Position numbers and translations under genes: made by a program | From: the human T2T-CHM13v2.0 reference genome, Homo sapiens | Strand: one strand, 5' to 3' | NCBI RefSeq assembly: GCF_009914755.1 | Contig: NC_060926.1 | Length of the DNA stretch: 64,000 nt | The notes under the pieces: generated by a model | What the model saw: only the letters and a program-made list of their open reading frames with translations | Told to the model about the DNA's origin: nothing | The model's database searches: none | In this document: piece by piece, positions 40,221 to 53,613 of the stretch | How positions within the stretch are numbered: the first letter of the stretch is position 1 | Layout: each line of letters starts with the position of its first letter

Positions 40221-40445
40221 CAGGGGTGTCCCATCTTTTGGCTTCCCTGGGCCACATTGGAAGAAGACTTGTCTTGGGCCACACTCAAAATACACTAACA
40301 CTAATGACAGCTGATGAGCTTAAAAAAAAAATCTCAAAAAAAAAATCTCATAATGTTTTAAGAAAGTTTACGAATTTGTGTTGGGCCACATTCAAAACCG
40401 TCCTAGGCTGCATGTGGCCTGTGGGCCATGGGTTGGACAAGCTTT
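40221..40445 (+). mobile_element. MER30 (hAT-Charlie) DNA transposon
   Basis: CAGGGGTGTCC.ATCTTTTGGCTTCCCTGGGCCAC...GGGTTGGACAAGCTT. Confidence 0.85.
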
Positions 40446-40714
40446 TTTTAAAGCATTTTCTCTTAATGCTAGGAATCCAAAAAATGATGCTAGTACATAA
40501 TAATAGCATAATCAGAAAACTTTACATGAAATCTATTTCCTGGAAAATTCATTAAAATTTGCGCAGACCAGTGATTTGTTTTACACATTATTATTAGAGA
40601 TCAAAATACAGCAAAACCACTCAGAATTGTTTATTAGATATTTATAAATGCCTATGAACGTTAACTAATCTAAGAGTCTTTGAGGGATTTATCTAGGATC
40701 AAGATGTAACACAG

Positions 40715-41970
40715 GGAAATGCCACTTCCAGCATGACAGTGTGAGGATCTTCGCATACTGGCTCCCCAGCAAAACTGTTGAAAATTATATAAGGATCATT
40801 TAAAGCATCTGGAAATGGTCCCAGGCACATATAGCAAATGAATAAACATTTATTTGAGAAAATTTACTAGAGGTTCAGTAAGGACAGCAAATCTTGTGGT
40901 CTTTGAACCTAGACCCACTCCCTCCCTTCCTGCTCCCAGCTTAGTGAGATAGGAACTGCACTCAAGACTGATGCAGCTAAGAGCACAGGGCTCCTGCCTA
41001 CTCCCCACTGCCAGTTAAAGGGCCATATTCCTGGAAAGGACAAGACAGCAGCATTTCTCATCCTGCCCACAGCTACCTACTGCTGAAGATAAGTCCCAGT
41101 TGAGTGTAGCCAAAAGGTGGGGCTGCCTTCTTCCACCCAGCCTCCACTGAGGAGACTGAGGCTCCACGTTTGGTGCAGCATCACTGTTGTCCCAGCTCCT
41201 AAGATAGTAATTCCTCAATGGCAGAGGCAAGCTGAGGAGACCTGAAGCTACTCTCTTCCCATCCATGGCGTACTCAGCTCCTAGAACTGGAATATGCCCC
41301 TGCGAAAAGTGCAACATTGTCATGCCCCTGGCTTGGAGGTTTTTCCTGAGTGGGAGAAGCAACCTATAAAACAGATAGTTCCTTATCTCCTCACAGAGTA
41401 ACTGACTTCATTTCCAACACAGTATGGAAAAGTTTAAGCCTAATGATGCTGTCTAAAACAATAAAGTTTGTAGTGAAAAGCAATTGAAAGGAGGTTGATG
41501 GAATTACTGGACAGAGACACAACATTATAAGCCAGCTGGTTTGCCAGAGATAACTTAGGAGAAGACACTGAAGCCTGCCAAAGACCAGAAGGAAACCCAA
41601 ACACTGACTCCAGCAACTCCTTCAAAGGGGCCCAAATTTGAATGTTTTAGTCTGAGGAGAAATTTATATCCCCAAGAGCATTGTTAAAAACATTAGAGCA
41701 ATCAGCCCACAATTAGTGGTGCTTAACAGCTAGATGCAGTCAGGGAAAGAAACTATCAAAAAGAGCCCTGAAAAAGCTATGATCATCCCAGGGTAACTGT
41801 GAGCATTCCTAAGGCTGCACCCCTTGAGGAGCAACATTAGAGACTTAATGCTGTGCAGGGGGTGTGGGGAGCCTCCACTAAAATAATCCAGTCAGTTGTT
41901 AAACAAATAAGCAAGTGACAATAAGAAACCTTTGGGGAAAGGGTGCATGCTCAGAGTTGCTACAATACAT
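40715..41970 (+). mobile_element. Old L1M 5'-region fragment
   Basis: ACTTCCAGCATGACAG start and degenerate L1M 5'UTR-like sequence; boundaries approximate. Confidence 0.45.
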
Positions 41971-41972
41971 TA

Positions 41973-42076
41973 CAGATTGAATAAGATTCCTTATTCAAGA
42001 CGCCTGGGCCCAGAAGTGTTTCAGATCTGGAGTTTTTTCAGTTTTTGGAATATTTCCATTATACTTACTGGTTAAA
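41973..42076 (+). mobile_element. Tigger4/MER46-like fragment
   Basis: CTGGGCCCAGAAGTGTTTCAGAT...TTTTGGAATATTT..ATTATACTTACTGGTT. Confidence 0.55.
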
Positions 42077-42572
42077 CGTATGTCTGCACAAAAAGCTGGA
42101 CACAAATATTCATAACAGCATTGTTTATACTAGTCAAAAGGTGGAAACAGCCCAAAAGTCCATCAACTGATAGATAAATAAAATGTGGTATATTTATACA
42201 ATGGAATATTATTCAACCATAAGAAAGAATGAAGTACTGATACATGCTACAACATGGATGAACCTTGAAAACACTAAGCTAAGACGTCCGTCACAAAAGC
42301 CCACATATTATATAATTTGATTTCCATGAAGTGTCCATAATGGGCAAATATATAGAGACAGTAAGTAGTTTAGCAGTTGCTTAGGGCTCAAGGGATGGGA
42401 TTAAAGGGGAGTAATAGCTAAGGGGTACACGGTATCTTTTTGAGGAAATTAAATGTTCTAAATTGTGATGGTGGTTGTACATATCTGTGAATATACTGAA
42501 ATCATTAGATTATATACTTCAAATGAATGAATTGCTTAGCATATAAATTGTATCTCAATAAACCTGCTTTTA
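42077..42572 (+). mobile_element. L1MB 3' end
   Basis: ACAATGGAATATTATTCA...ATGGATGAACCTTGAAAAC...TATCTCAATAAA. Confidence 0.8.
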
Positions 42573-43212
42573 ATTATAGTAAGGAACCTCAGGCAAATAT
42601 TCAGGAAATTTTGAAGAACTAGTTTCAGTCTTACAATCACAGCTATTTTTCTGTCTCTTTTAAAACTGTTTGCCCACATGTAAGTGCTTCATGGAATATT
42701 GCCAGATGGCATAACACTTCTCCCAGAAGTTTCTAAGAGTATCTAAAATAATTAGACAAACTCTTACCACAGCTAGAATAAGGTTGCCATTTGTCTTGCT
42801 ACTGATACTGCTCCATACTCAGCTTTCTGTATCTTCTAGGGGTGAGAACATCTGGGAATCTGATTGGGAGACTAGTTCTCTAGAGAAAAATTATTAACCT
42901 TAGGAATATTTGGCAAGTGGGGAAAGATCGATGTTGGGTGTTGGAAAACAGGCTGAAAGTAGCAGATTTAATTGATCCACTTTGTTTTCTGTAAATGTCA
43001 ATCTGAAAAGTTTTTAGCAGCTGTACTTCTGTGCAAAGGTCCACAATTAGAATTGATTCAACACCATTTCTATTTCACCATATTGTACTACTTGTCCTAG
43101 GAAAATGGTTATTTTAACATACTATTAGAGCTTGATTTTTCACTTGGACAAAGTGAAAGTATATTTTGTGATTGCCTTTGTGAATTATTATTCATTTTCT
43201 GTCTTCAAACAG

Positions 43213-43348
43213 GAACGCCCACCTAAGCCTGAAGCTCCCTGGCTACCTACTGCTACATGGTTCGCATGCTGTGACTTGGAAGAATCATTTCCAGTTTTTC
43301 ACGGACTTACCCAAAATATATTGTCACATCCTATTTCCATACGCTTAG
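43213..43348 (+). CDS. DNAH6: Dynein HC exon (ERPPKPEAPWLPTATW...SHPISIRL)
   Basis: aaacag acceptor, TAG|gtaatg donor, P..WL...W motif. Confidence 0.92.
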
Positions 43349-43915
43349 GTAATGTGACAAAAAGAACCTGCTGAGGAGGCTTATAAACAGGCTCTTGAAT
43401 CCTAATCTTAATGTTTTCTTTAACCTCTTCTGTAATGTCAGCATTTTTCACTAGGAACTTCCTTCATTTCTAAGAAACTGTAAATTATTTGTTTTCACAA
43501 TTTCTTGAGTCGAATGCTTGGCCCATGAATTTTTAATATTTCATGTTTACTTTATATATATGTATACACACACCATATATTTTATGTATATATTTGAGAA
43601 TGTAAATATACATTTGTGTATTGCTTTAGCTGTATCCCATAGGTTTTTTTTTTTACTTTTTATTGAAGGATAACATAAATCCAGAAAAATGGACAAATCA
43701 AAATTATAGTTTGATTAGCTATCACAAACTGTGTAGATTTATTTATGAGCCATCACCAAGATCAAGAAATAGAACAGTACCAGCATCCCAGAATCCCCTT
43801 ATTCTCTCTCGCTTCTCTCTTCCTCAGAGGTAACGACTACTCTGAATTATAACATTCTGTATTCATTTTTCCCTGCAAGTCTTAATATATAGCCCTTTCA
43901 ATTCTAAAACTACAC

Positions 43916-44180
43916 TTTTTTTTTTTTTTTTTTTGAGACGGAGTCTTGTTCTGTCGCCCAGGCTGGAGTGCAGTGGCGATCTCAGCTCACTGCAAGCTCC
44001 GCCTCCCGGGTTCATTCTCTGGCCTCAGCCTCCCTAGTAGCTGGGACTTCAGGCGCCCACCACCACACCCGGCTAATTTTTTGTATTTTTAGTAGAGATG
44101 GGGTTTCACCGTGTTAGCCAGGATGGTCTCGATCTCCTGACCTCATGATCCGCCTGCCTCGGCCTCCCAAAGTGCTGGGA
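43916..44180 (-). mobile_element. AluY, slightly 5'-truncated
   Basis: Poly-T, reverse AluY ending at CAAAGTGCTGGGA; TSD AAAACTACACTTTTT. Confidence 0.93.
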
Positions 44181-44655
44181 AAAACTACACTTTTTAGTTC
44201 AAAACCATTTTAGGATTTAGGGGACCATCTTTTTCTTATTTATAATTTAATTACATTCTGGAAATTATACTCATGGTTTTCATGAAATTGACTCTTTGGA
44301 ATTATATACACTTCTTTTGCAGCCTGGTGCATGTTTTGTTTATATAAAATATTCCATGCATGTCATTTCTTGAATGCAAGGTTCCATATGTGACCTTTAG
44401 CTCAAACTTACTAATTGTGGTATTTACCTTACTAATGTTCTTATACTGGATCTGTCAGATTCTAAGACAGCTATATTAAGGTATACCACTATGATTGGCA
44501 ATTTCCCTTTGTAATTTTAGAATTTTTCCCATTATACTTTGTGAAACTATGCCAGTATATAAAAATAGGTTTACAGTTAAGTTCTTAGTAATTGTTCCTT
44601 TTTATTAAATAATATCACTCTTTACTCTGAATAATGCTTTTTGCCTTAAATATAT

Positions 44656-47600
44656 TTCTTTTTTATTATTTTTATTTTATTTTTGAATCAGGGAGTACGT
44701 GTGCTGGTTTGTTACATGGATATATTGCATGCTGGGGAAGTTTGGGCTTCTAATGATCTCATTGCCCAGGTAGTGAACATAGTACTCAATAAGCAGGTTT
44801 TCAACCCTTGCTGCCTCCCTCCATCTGCTCTTTCAGAGTCCTCAGGGTCTATTGTTCCCTCCTTTATGTCTGTGTGTACCCAATGTTTAGCTCCCACTTG
44901 TAAGTGAGACCATACAGTATTTGGTTTTCTGTTTCTGTGTTAATTCACTTAGGACAATGGCCTCCAGCTGTATGCATGTTGCTGTAAAGGACGTAATGTC
45001 ATTCTTTCTATGGTTGCATAGTATTCCATGTGTATATATACCACATTTTCTTTGTCCAGTTCACTGTTGATGGGCACCTAGGTTGATTCCATGTATTTGC
45101 TGTTGTGAATAGTGCTGCGATAAACATGAGTGCGGGTGTGTTTTGGTAGAATGATTTCTTTTCCTTTGGGTATATACCCAGTAATGGGATTGTGGGTCAA
45201 ACGTTAATTCTATTTTCAGCTTTTTGAGAAATTTCTAAACTGCTTTTCACAGAGGCTGAACTAATTTGTATTCTCAGCAACAGTATGTAAGCATTCTCTT
45301 TTCTCCACAACCTTGCCAAAATCTATTTTTTTGACTTTTTAATAATAGCCTTTCTGATTGGTGTAAGATGGTATCTCATTGTGGTTTTGATTTGCATTTC
45401 TCTGATGATTAGTCATGTTGAGCATTTTTTCATGTTAGTATGTCTTCTTTAGAGAAGTGTCTATTCATGTTCTTTGCCCACTTTTTAATGGGCTTATTTA
45501 CATTTTATTGATTTAAGTTCTTTATAGATTCTGAATATTAGTTCTTTGTAAGATGCATAGTTTGCAAATATATTCTCCCATTATGTACATTGTCTGTTCA
45601 CTCAGTTGATATTTTATTTTGCTATGCAGAAGCTCTTTAGTTTAAATCCCATTTGTCTATTTTTTATTTTGTTGCATTTGCTTTTGGACTCTTCATCATA
45701 AATACTTTGCCTAGGCCAATGTCTAGAAGAGTATTTCCTAAGTTTTCTTCTAGGATTTTCATAGTTTGAGGTTTTTCTTCAACCTTGAGTTAATTTTTAT
45801 ATATGGTAAGAAGTAGGGGGTCCAGTTTCATTCTTCTGCATATGGTTAGCCAGTTTTCCCAGCTCATTTATTGAATAGAGTATTCTTTCCACATTATTTT
45901 TATTCACTTTGTCAAAGATCAGTTGGTTGTAGGTGTGTGGCTTTATTTCAGGGGTCTCTATTCTGTTCCATGTGTCTACTTTTGTACCAGTACCATGTTG
46001 GTTTGGTTACTGTAGTCTTGTAGTATATTTACATGTTGAATAACATGGTGCCTCTGGCTTTGTCCTTTTTTACTAGGATTGCCTTGGCTGTTTGGGCATA
46101 TTTTTTGTTTCCTATGAATTTTAGAATAGTTTTTTCTAATTCTATGGAAAATGACATTGGTAATTTGATAGGAATAGCATTAAATCTGTAGATTGCTTCG
46201 GATAGCATAGTCATTTTAATGATATTGATTCTTCCAACCCATAAGTGTGGGATGTTTTTCCATTTGTTTGTTTCATCCTTTCTTTCGGCAATGTTTTGTA
46301 GTTACTCTTATAGAGATTTTTCACTTCCTTGGTTAGATGTGTTCCTCAATATTTTTGTGGCTATTTTAAATGGGATTGCATTCTTTATTTGTTTCTCAGC
46401 TTAAACATTATTGGTATACAGAAATGCTACTGATTTTTGTACATTCATTTTATATCATAAGACTTTGTTGAAGTCATTTATCAGATCTAGGAGTCTTTTA
46501 GTCAAATCCTTAGGATTCTCTAGGGACAGAATCATATTGTTAGTGAAGAGAGATCATTTGACTTCCTCTTTTCCTGTTTGGATAAATTTCTTTCTCCTGC
46601 CTGATTGCTTTGGCTAGGACTTCCAGTACTATATTGAATAGGAGTGGTGAGAGTAGACATCTATGTTTTGTTCCAGTTCTTATGGGGGAATGCTTCCAGC
46701 TATTGTCCTTTCAGTATAATGTTGGCTGTGGGTTTGTCATTGATGGCTCTCATTATTTTGAGGTATATTCCTTTGATGCCTAGTTTGTTGAGGATTTTTA
46801 TCATAAAGGGATGTTGAATTTTATCAAATGCTTTTCCTCGTCTATTGAGGTGATCATATGGTTTTTGATTTTAGTCCTGTTTATGAGGTGAATCACATTT
46901 ATTGATTTCTATATGTTGAATCATCCTTGCATCCCAAGAATAAGGCTCACTTGATTATGATGAATTAACTTTTTTATATGCTGCTGAATTCAGTTTGTTA
47001 GTATTTTGTTGAAGATTTTTGAGTCTATTTTCATCAGGGATATTGGCCTTTGTTTTCTTTTCTTTTTGTGTCTGTGCCAGATATTTGTATCAGGATGATG
47101 CTAACTTCATAGAATGAGATAGTGAGGAGTCCCTCCTCCTCAATTTTTTGGAATAGTTTCAGTGGAATTGGTACCAGCTCTTCTTTGTACATCTGGTACA
47201 ATTTGGTTGTAAAGGGCTTTTTTTTCCGTTAGTTGGTTGGTTGGTAGGTTTTTATTCCTGATTGAACTTCATTACTCATCATTAATCTGTTCAGGATTTT
47301 TGTTTTTTTCGGGTTCAATCTTGGGAGGTTGTGTGTTTCCAGGAATTGATCCATTTCTCTAGATTTTTCTAGTTTGTGTGCATAGAGATGCTCATCATAA
47401 TACCCTCTGAGGATCCTTTATATTTCGGGGGGATCATTTGTGATGTCACTTTTGTTATTTCTGATTATGATTATGGATCTTCTGTATTTTTTTCCTTGTT
47501 AATCTAGCTTATGGTCTATCAATCTTGTTTATCCTTTCGAGAAACCAACTTTTTGTTTCATTGATCCTTTGTATGGTTTTTGAGGTCTCAATTTTGTTCA

Positions 47601-50600
47601 TTTCTGCCCTGATTATAGTTCTTTTATTTCTTCTGCTAGTTTGGAGTTTCATTTGTTTTATTTTTCTATTTCCTTTAGGTACAAGGTTAGTTTGTTAATT
47701 TGAGACCTTTCTAACTTCTCGATGTCATTTCTAACTTCTCGATGTAGTTTTTCAGTGCTATAAACTCTCCTTTAACACTGCTTTGCTGCATCCCAGAGGT
47801 TTTGATACATTCCATGTCTGTTTTCATCTGTTTCAAAAAAGTTTTTTACTTGTGCCTTGATTTCATTGTTTACCCAAAAGTCATTCAGGAGCAATTTGTT
47901 TAGTTTCCATGTAATTTTATGGTTTTGAGAGATCTTCTGTGTATTGATTTCTATTTTTATTTCACTGTTGTCTCAGAAGATGCTCAGTATGATATTGATA
48001 TTTTTGTGTTTATTGAGACTTGCTTTATGACCAAGCATGTGGTCAATTTTAGAGTATGTTCCATATGCAGATAAGAAGAATGGGTATCTTGTGGTTGTTA
48101 GGGAGAGTATTCTGTAGATGTCTATTAGGTCCAAATGGTCATGTCGAATTTATGTCCAGAATTGGTCAATTTTCTGCCTCAGTGATCTATCAAATGCTAT
48201 CAATGGGGTGTTGTGTGTTGTGTGACTATTGTTGTGTACTGCCAAAGTCTTTCATTAAGCCTAGATGTGCTTGTTTTATAAGTCTGGGTACTCCAATGTT
48301 GGATACACATATATCTAGGACACTTAAGATGTTTTGTTGAATTGAGCCCCTTATCATTATTTAATGCCCTTCTTTGTCCTTTTTTATTTTTGTTGGTTTA
48401 AATTCTGATATAAGAACAGTAACCCTTGCTTTTTTTTGTTTTCCGTTGCGTGACATATCTTTCTCCATCCCTTTACTTTGAGCCTATAGGTGTCATAACA
48501 TGTGAGATTGGGTCTCTTGATGATAGAAGAAGAATGGGTCTTGTTTTTTCATTCAATTTGATACTCTATGTATTTTAAGTTGAGCATTTAGGCCATTTAT
48601 GTTCAGTGTTAAAATTGATATATGAGGTTTTGTTGCTGTCATAATGTTGTTAGCTTAGTTGCTTTGTAGTCTTTATTGTATAGTTGCTTTATGGGTACTG
48701 TGGGCTATGTGCTTTCATGTGCTTTCATGGTAACAAGCATTATTCTTTTGTTTCCACATTGAGAACTCCCTTAAGCATGCATTGTAGGGCCAGTCTGGTG
48801 GTGGAAAATTCCCTTGGTGATTACTTGTTTGGGAAACACTTTATTTCTCCTTCATTTATGAAGCTTAGCATGGAAGGATATGAAATTCTTGGCTGACATT
48901 TATTATCTTTAAGAATACTAAAAATAGGCCCCAGTTTCTTCTGACTTGTAAGGTTTGTGCTGAAAAGTCTGTTTTTAGTCTTATAGGTTTCCCTTTATAA
49001 GCAACATGACCCTTTTCTCTAGGTGCCTTTAAAGTTCTCTTTCACGTGGACTTGGGTTAGTCCTATCCCTCCTATCCATCCCCAAGTGTGTCTTGGGAAT
49101 TGTCATCTTGTGTAGCATCTTACAGAAGTTCTCTGGATTTCTTGTATTTGCATGTCGACCTCTCTAGCAAGATTGGGGAAATTTTCCTGAATTATATCCT
49201 CAAATATGTTTTCCAAGTTGCTTATTCTCTCTTCTTCTCTCTCATGAATGCCAGTAAGTCATAGGTTTGGTCACTTTACATAATCCCATATTTCTCAAAG
49301 GCTTTGTTCATTTTTTAAATTCTTTTTTACTTTTGTCTGACTGGGTCATTTTGACAGATTGGTCTTCAAGTTCTGAAAGTCTTTCTTTTGCCTGGTCTAG
49401 TCTGTTGTTAAGGCTTCCATTTGTATTTTGAATTTCCTGATGCGAATTTTTCAATTCCAGGACTTCTGTTGGTTTTGTTCTTAATATAGCTATGTTGTCT
49501 TTCATATCTTCTGTTCTGTTCTTAATATAGCTATGTTGTCTTTCATATCTTGGATCATTTTTCTGGCTTCTTTGTGTGGGATTTCAACTTTCTCCTGGAT
49601 CTCATTGAGTTTCTTTGCATCATATTCTGAATTCTATATCTGTCATTTCAGACATTTCATTCTGGTTAGGATCCATTGCTTGGGAGCTAGTGGGATCCTT
49701 TGGAGGTGATGAAACACTCTGTCTTTTTGTATTGCTGGGGTTCTGCACTGGTTACTCCTCATCTGAGAGAGCTGATACTTCTCTTTTTTTTTTTTTTAAT
49801 TTGGTATCACTTGGTTGGGGCTTCTTGTTTATTCGTTTTTCCCTTGGGGGTATGACTGTGATGTATATTGTGTATGATTAATTGGCTTCATTTCTAGGTG
49901 CTTTCAGAGTGCCAACTCTCTGTACAGGTTCCTTGGTTGCAAGTAGGTTCATGCAGTGACTTTCTCAGAGGTTGTTTGTTGTAGCAATGTAATTTTATTT
50001 GGTGGCGTAATTCAGGATGCAGTCTAGTAGATGGTGCTTAAGAGTAAGAACTGATGGGTACAAGCAGGGGTGGAAGCACTAGAGAAGTACAAAAAGCACC
50101 TCTGCAGAGCACATTCACCCTCAGTAGGGCAGAGCTGCTGGAGAAGCTTGAGACACAGACTCTTTCAACCCGCATTCCCCAGACTCCAAAGTGAAGAGTC
50201 ACTTCCAAATCCATGACAGGGCACTGAGAAGAAGGGTGGCGGAGCAAGTGTGACCCCCTCTCCATGTCCATTCCCAGGCTTTGGTGGTACCACCTTCAGT
50301 GGCTGGCACTGCACTCATGTTTTCTTTTATCCAAGGGGGTCTTTGGTGGGCTGCACTCTCCCCTCCTTTAGGGACAGTCTGCAGCAAGGGTTAGATCTCC
50401 AGGGGAGTGGAGTCTGCCTCCCTCCCACGCCTCAGAGCTGGTGGGGCACTGTTCCCCAACTGACCAAGGAAACAGGCTGGGACACCCCGTTATGACCCAT
50501 GCAGACCAGTTCTAGGTTGCAAAGCTGTCTCTGACTGAAAGTCTTGCCCTCTGGGAAAAACCTCAGCTTCAGCAACTCTCCTCCCACTCCAGTCTTGTGA

Positions 50601-51944
50601 TGGGAGAGAGCGTAATTCCACCACCTACTACTGGGGCACTCTCCACACTCACTGCTCAATTCTGCCTGTGGGGACCCTTCTCCCCTTCCAGAACAAGCAC
50701 TTTAATCTCACCTAAGACCAAAATGCTTGCTGTGGCCACCGCTGCCAGGTTACCAAACAATGGCTCTAACCTCTCAAAATGGTGTCAGCCATGGGCTTGC
50801 ACCTAGAGAGTGGGGAGCCCCTCTCAGGCGAGCAGCATGGACGAGAAGCTGTGAGGAGTGTGGTCCACTCAAGTCTCAGTCTCATAGCAGCTCGTAGCAA
50901 GGCATTGGACATTGTCCTAGGTATATATAGGAGAGCCTTGGTCCCCTTTCCCTGCTTGGCTGGGTGGCAGCAGCAGTCACATCAGCCCAAACTCAGGCCA
51001 AGGATGAGGCACAGCTCAGCACTACATTCTCAAAATGGTGCCTTGGGCCTGAAAACAGGGAGGGCGGATCACTGCCCAGGCAGGCAGCATGATCAAGAAG
51101 CTGTGGGGAGTGTGGTTCATTCACATCTGTCTCACAGCAGCCTGCTACAGAGCTGTGAGTATTGTCCTAGGTATGAGTAGGATGACCTGGTCTCCCTGTT
51201 CTTCCTTAGCCAAGCAGAGGCTACAGCCACATCAGCCCAAACTAAACAAAGCATGGAGCTCAGCCCAGCATTAAACTCTCAAAAGGGCACCTTGGGCCTG
51301 GGGCTAAAGAGGGTGGGGCACCATTCAGGCAAGCAGCATAAGCAGGAAGCTGTGAGAAGTGTGGTCAACTCATATCTCAGTCTCAACAGCAGCTCATAGC
51401 AGGGCAGCAAGTACCCTCTAGGGGGTGCATGAGTGTGCCCGTTCTCCCCTCTCCCTCCCTGGAGCAGCACAGTGGCTGCAGCTGTGTCTGTAAATCCCCA
51501 GGATCTGGGTTCTCAAAATGGCACCCAGCTGAGGCTGCACCAGGCTCGGATTCCTGTGGGATTGTGTGTGGGTTCCCTTTCTAGAGAAATGTCTCTGTAC
51601 AATCTTTAGGCAGTTCCATATGTCAGGCACAAGGCCCTAGTGGGTCAAGGGTTTCTCCTGTAGCCAAGATCTTAAAACCCTGTTTTGGAGCTCCAGGGAT
51701 TTCCCTCTTACTGTTTCCCTGCATCCAGGACCATCTCCCAGCCCAGTCAGTTCCTGGCTGCGCAAGCTAACTTGAACCCTCTCCTTACTTACTTCTGGTA
51801 CTTCATGTCTCTTCTCTAATGAATCCAAGCATTCTCTCCTAGATTACCTGTTTGAACTGTGAGTATCTGCTTACTATTCTGGCTCTTCTCCATGGAGGCA
51901 GCACGCAATACCTGCATCTAGTCAGCCATCCTGACCTAAAACCT
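44656..51944 (-). mobile_element. Near full-length (about 7.3 kb) old primate L1 (L1PA15/16 or L1PB class), decayed
   Basis: 3'UTR at 44.66 kb; ORF2 remnants ([25 protein letters not shown]); ORF1 remnants (LELKNS...LNNRLDQAKERLSELED); 5' end CTAGTCAGCCATC; no long intact ORF. Confidence 0.88.
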
Positions 51945-52189
51945 CAAAATACATCTTCTAATATTAATATTATTACAGCAAGCCTCTCTTAGTACTCCCA
52001 CTCTATATATTTCTGCACTCTTTACTTTCCATTTTTTGTGTGTCATCATTATGTTTTTGGTGTATCTTAGTAGGATTTTGTTGTTGTTTTGAGGAACATG
52101 AAAGTCTTTCTTTTAACAGACAAATTTTAATTTGATTATATTTATTATGGCTATTGATTTATTTAAGTTCTTCTTGACTGAGGAAGATT

Positions 52190-52365
52190 TCCATTTGACA
52201 ATGTCTAGAGACATTTTTGTTTGCCACAACTGGGGTGGTGCTACTGGCGTCTGGTGGGTAGAGACCAGAGATGCTACTACACATCCTACAGTGCTCAGAA
52301 CAACCCTCCACAACAAATAACTACAGCATCCAAAATGTCAATATTAGTAAAGTTAAGAAACTCTG
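52190..52365 (+). mobile_element. MER20 DNA transposon
   Basis: CATTTGACAATGTCTAGAGACATTTTTG...GTAGAGACCAGAGATGCT...AAAATGTCAATA. Confidence 0.8.
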
Positions 52366-53309
52366 ATCTGTTTGGACTTACATTGGTCATCTTTATTTTG
52401 GGCATATTTTTCTGCCAGCTTTTTCTTTGCTTCCTTTTTTCTTCTTTCTTCTTCCTTCTTCCTTTCTTTATATCCTTTATTTCTCCTCTCCTTCCTTTCT
52501 TCTTCAGTTGCATCATCCACACTCTTTATTTTCCCCTCTACTGATTTGAAATTCTATTTTTATTTTTTGGTAATTACTCTTATACTTCTAATATGAATAT
52601 TTATTTAACTAAGTAAACCCATTAAGTGTGGTGGTTTAAAGTCTACATTAACCAGAATTTCTAAGATCCTAATAGATTTATTGGATTTCTAAATGAAGAC
52701 TAGGGGGAGAAAAAGCTGTTCAATAAATGCATTAACTTATTGAAAAGTGCATTCCCCCCTAGTCTTTTGTCCCCCACTAGTAAAAATTGTTTCTATGTTA
52801 TGCACCAGTTAAATGAGACAGCTAGAGGTAGAGATAGAACACAAAAAGAAAAATACTCATAGAAGAAACCCAGAGATGGACAGTTAGGGACAGACCCAAA
52901 GCAGAAAGGGCTAGATGGAGCCTCATCTACACAGAGGCAAAGGAAGAGGGAAGGTGTGGAGGTTGAAAAGCAAAGTAATTATAGGGACAACTCATAATTT
53001 TTTCATAGAAAGCACCATGTGTTATCCATATCTTTGAGACTAAAATTGCAACAATTTAAAAAAACTTTCCTGTTTTTATGTGTTAGATTTCAAGGTTTGT
53101 TCCAGAAATGCTACAGACTTATGAAGGTTTGTACATAGTTTGATAGGTGGCTGGTATTCTAAAAGTGAGCTTTAGATATTTACAAGTGATGTCTAATTCC
53201 ATTGTCAATCTTACCTTCAGAAACTTCCTAATTGCCTTAATCTTTTGTCTTTCTTGATTTCTAAGTGCTTCGTGTCCTATTGGGAGTTATTTAAAATATA
53301 CATTATTAA

Positions 53310-53613
<304 letters not shown>

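Noticed and set aside
50773-51530. CRISPR-like repeat-spacer array
   Set aside because: Mammalian DNA; the units are homologous along their whole length and lie inside an L1 5'UTR
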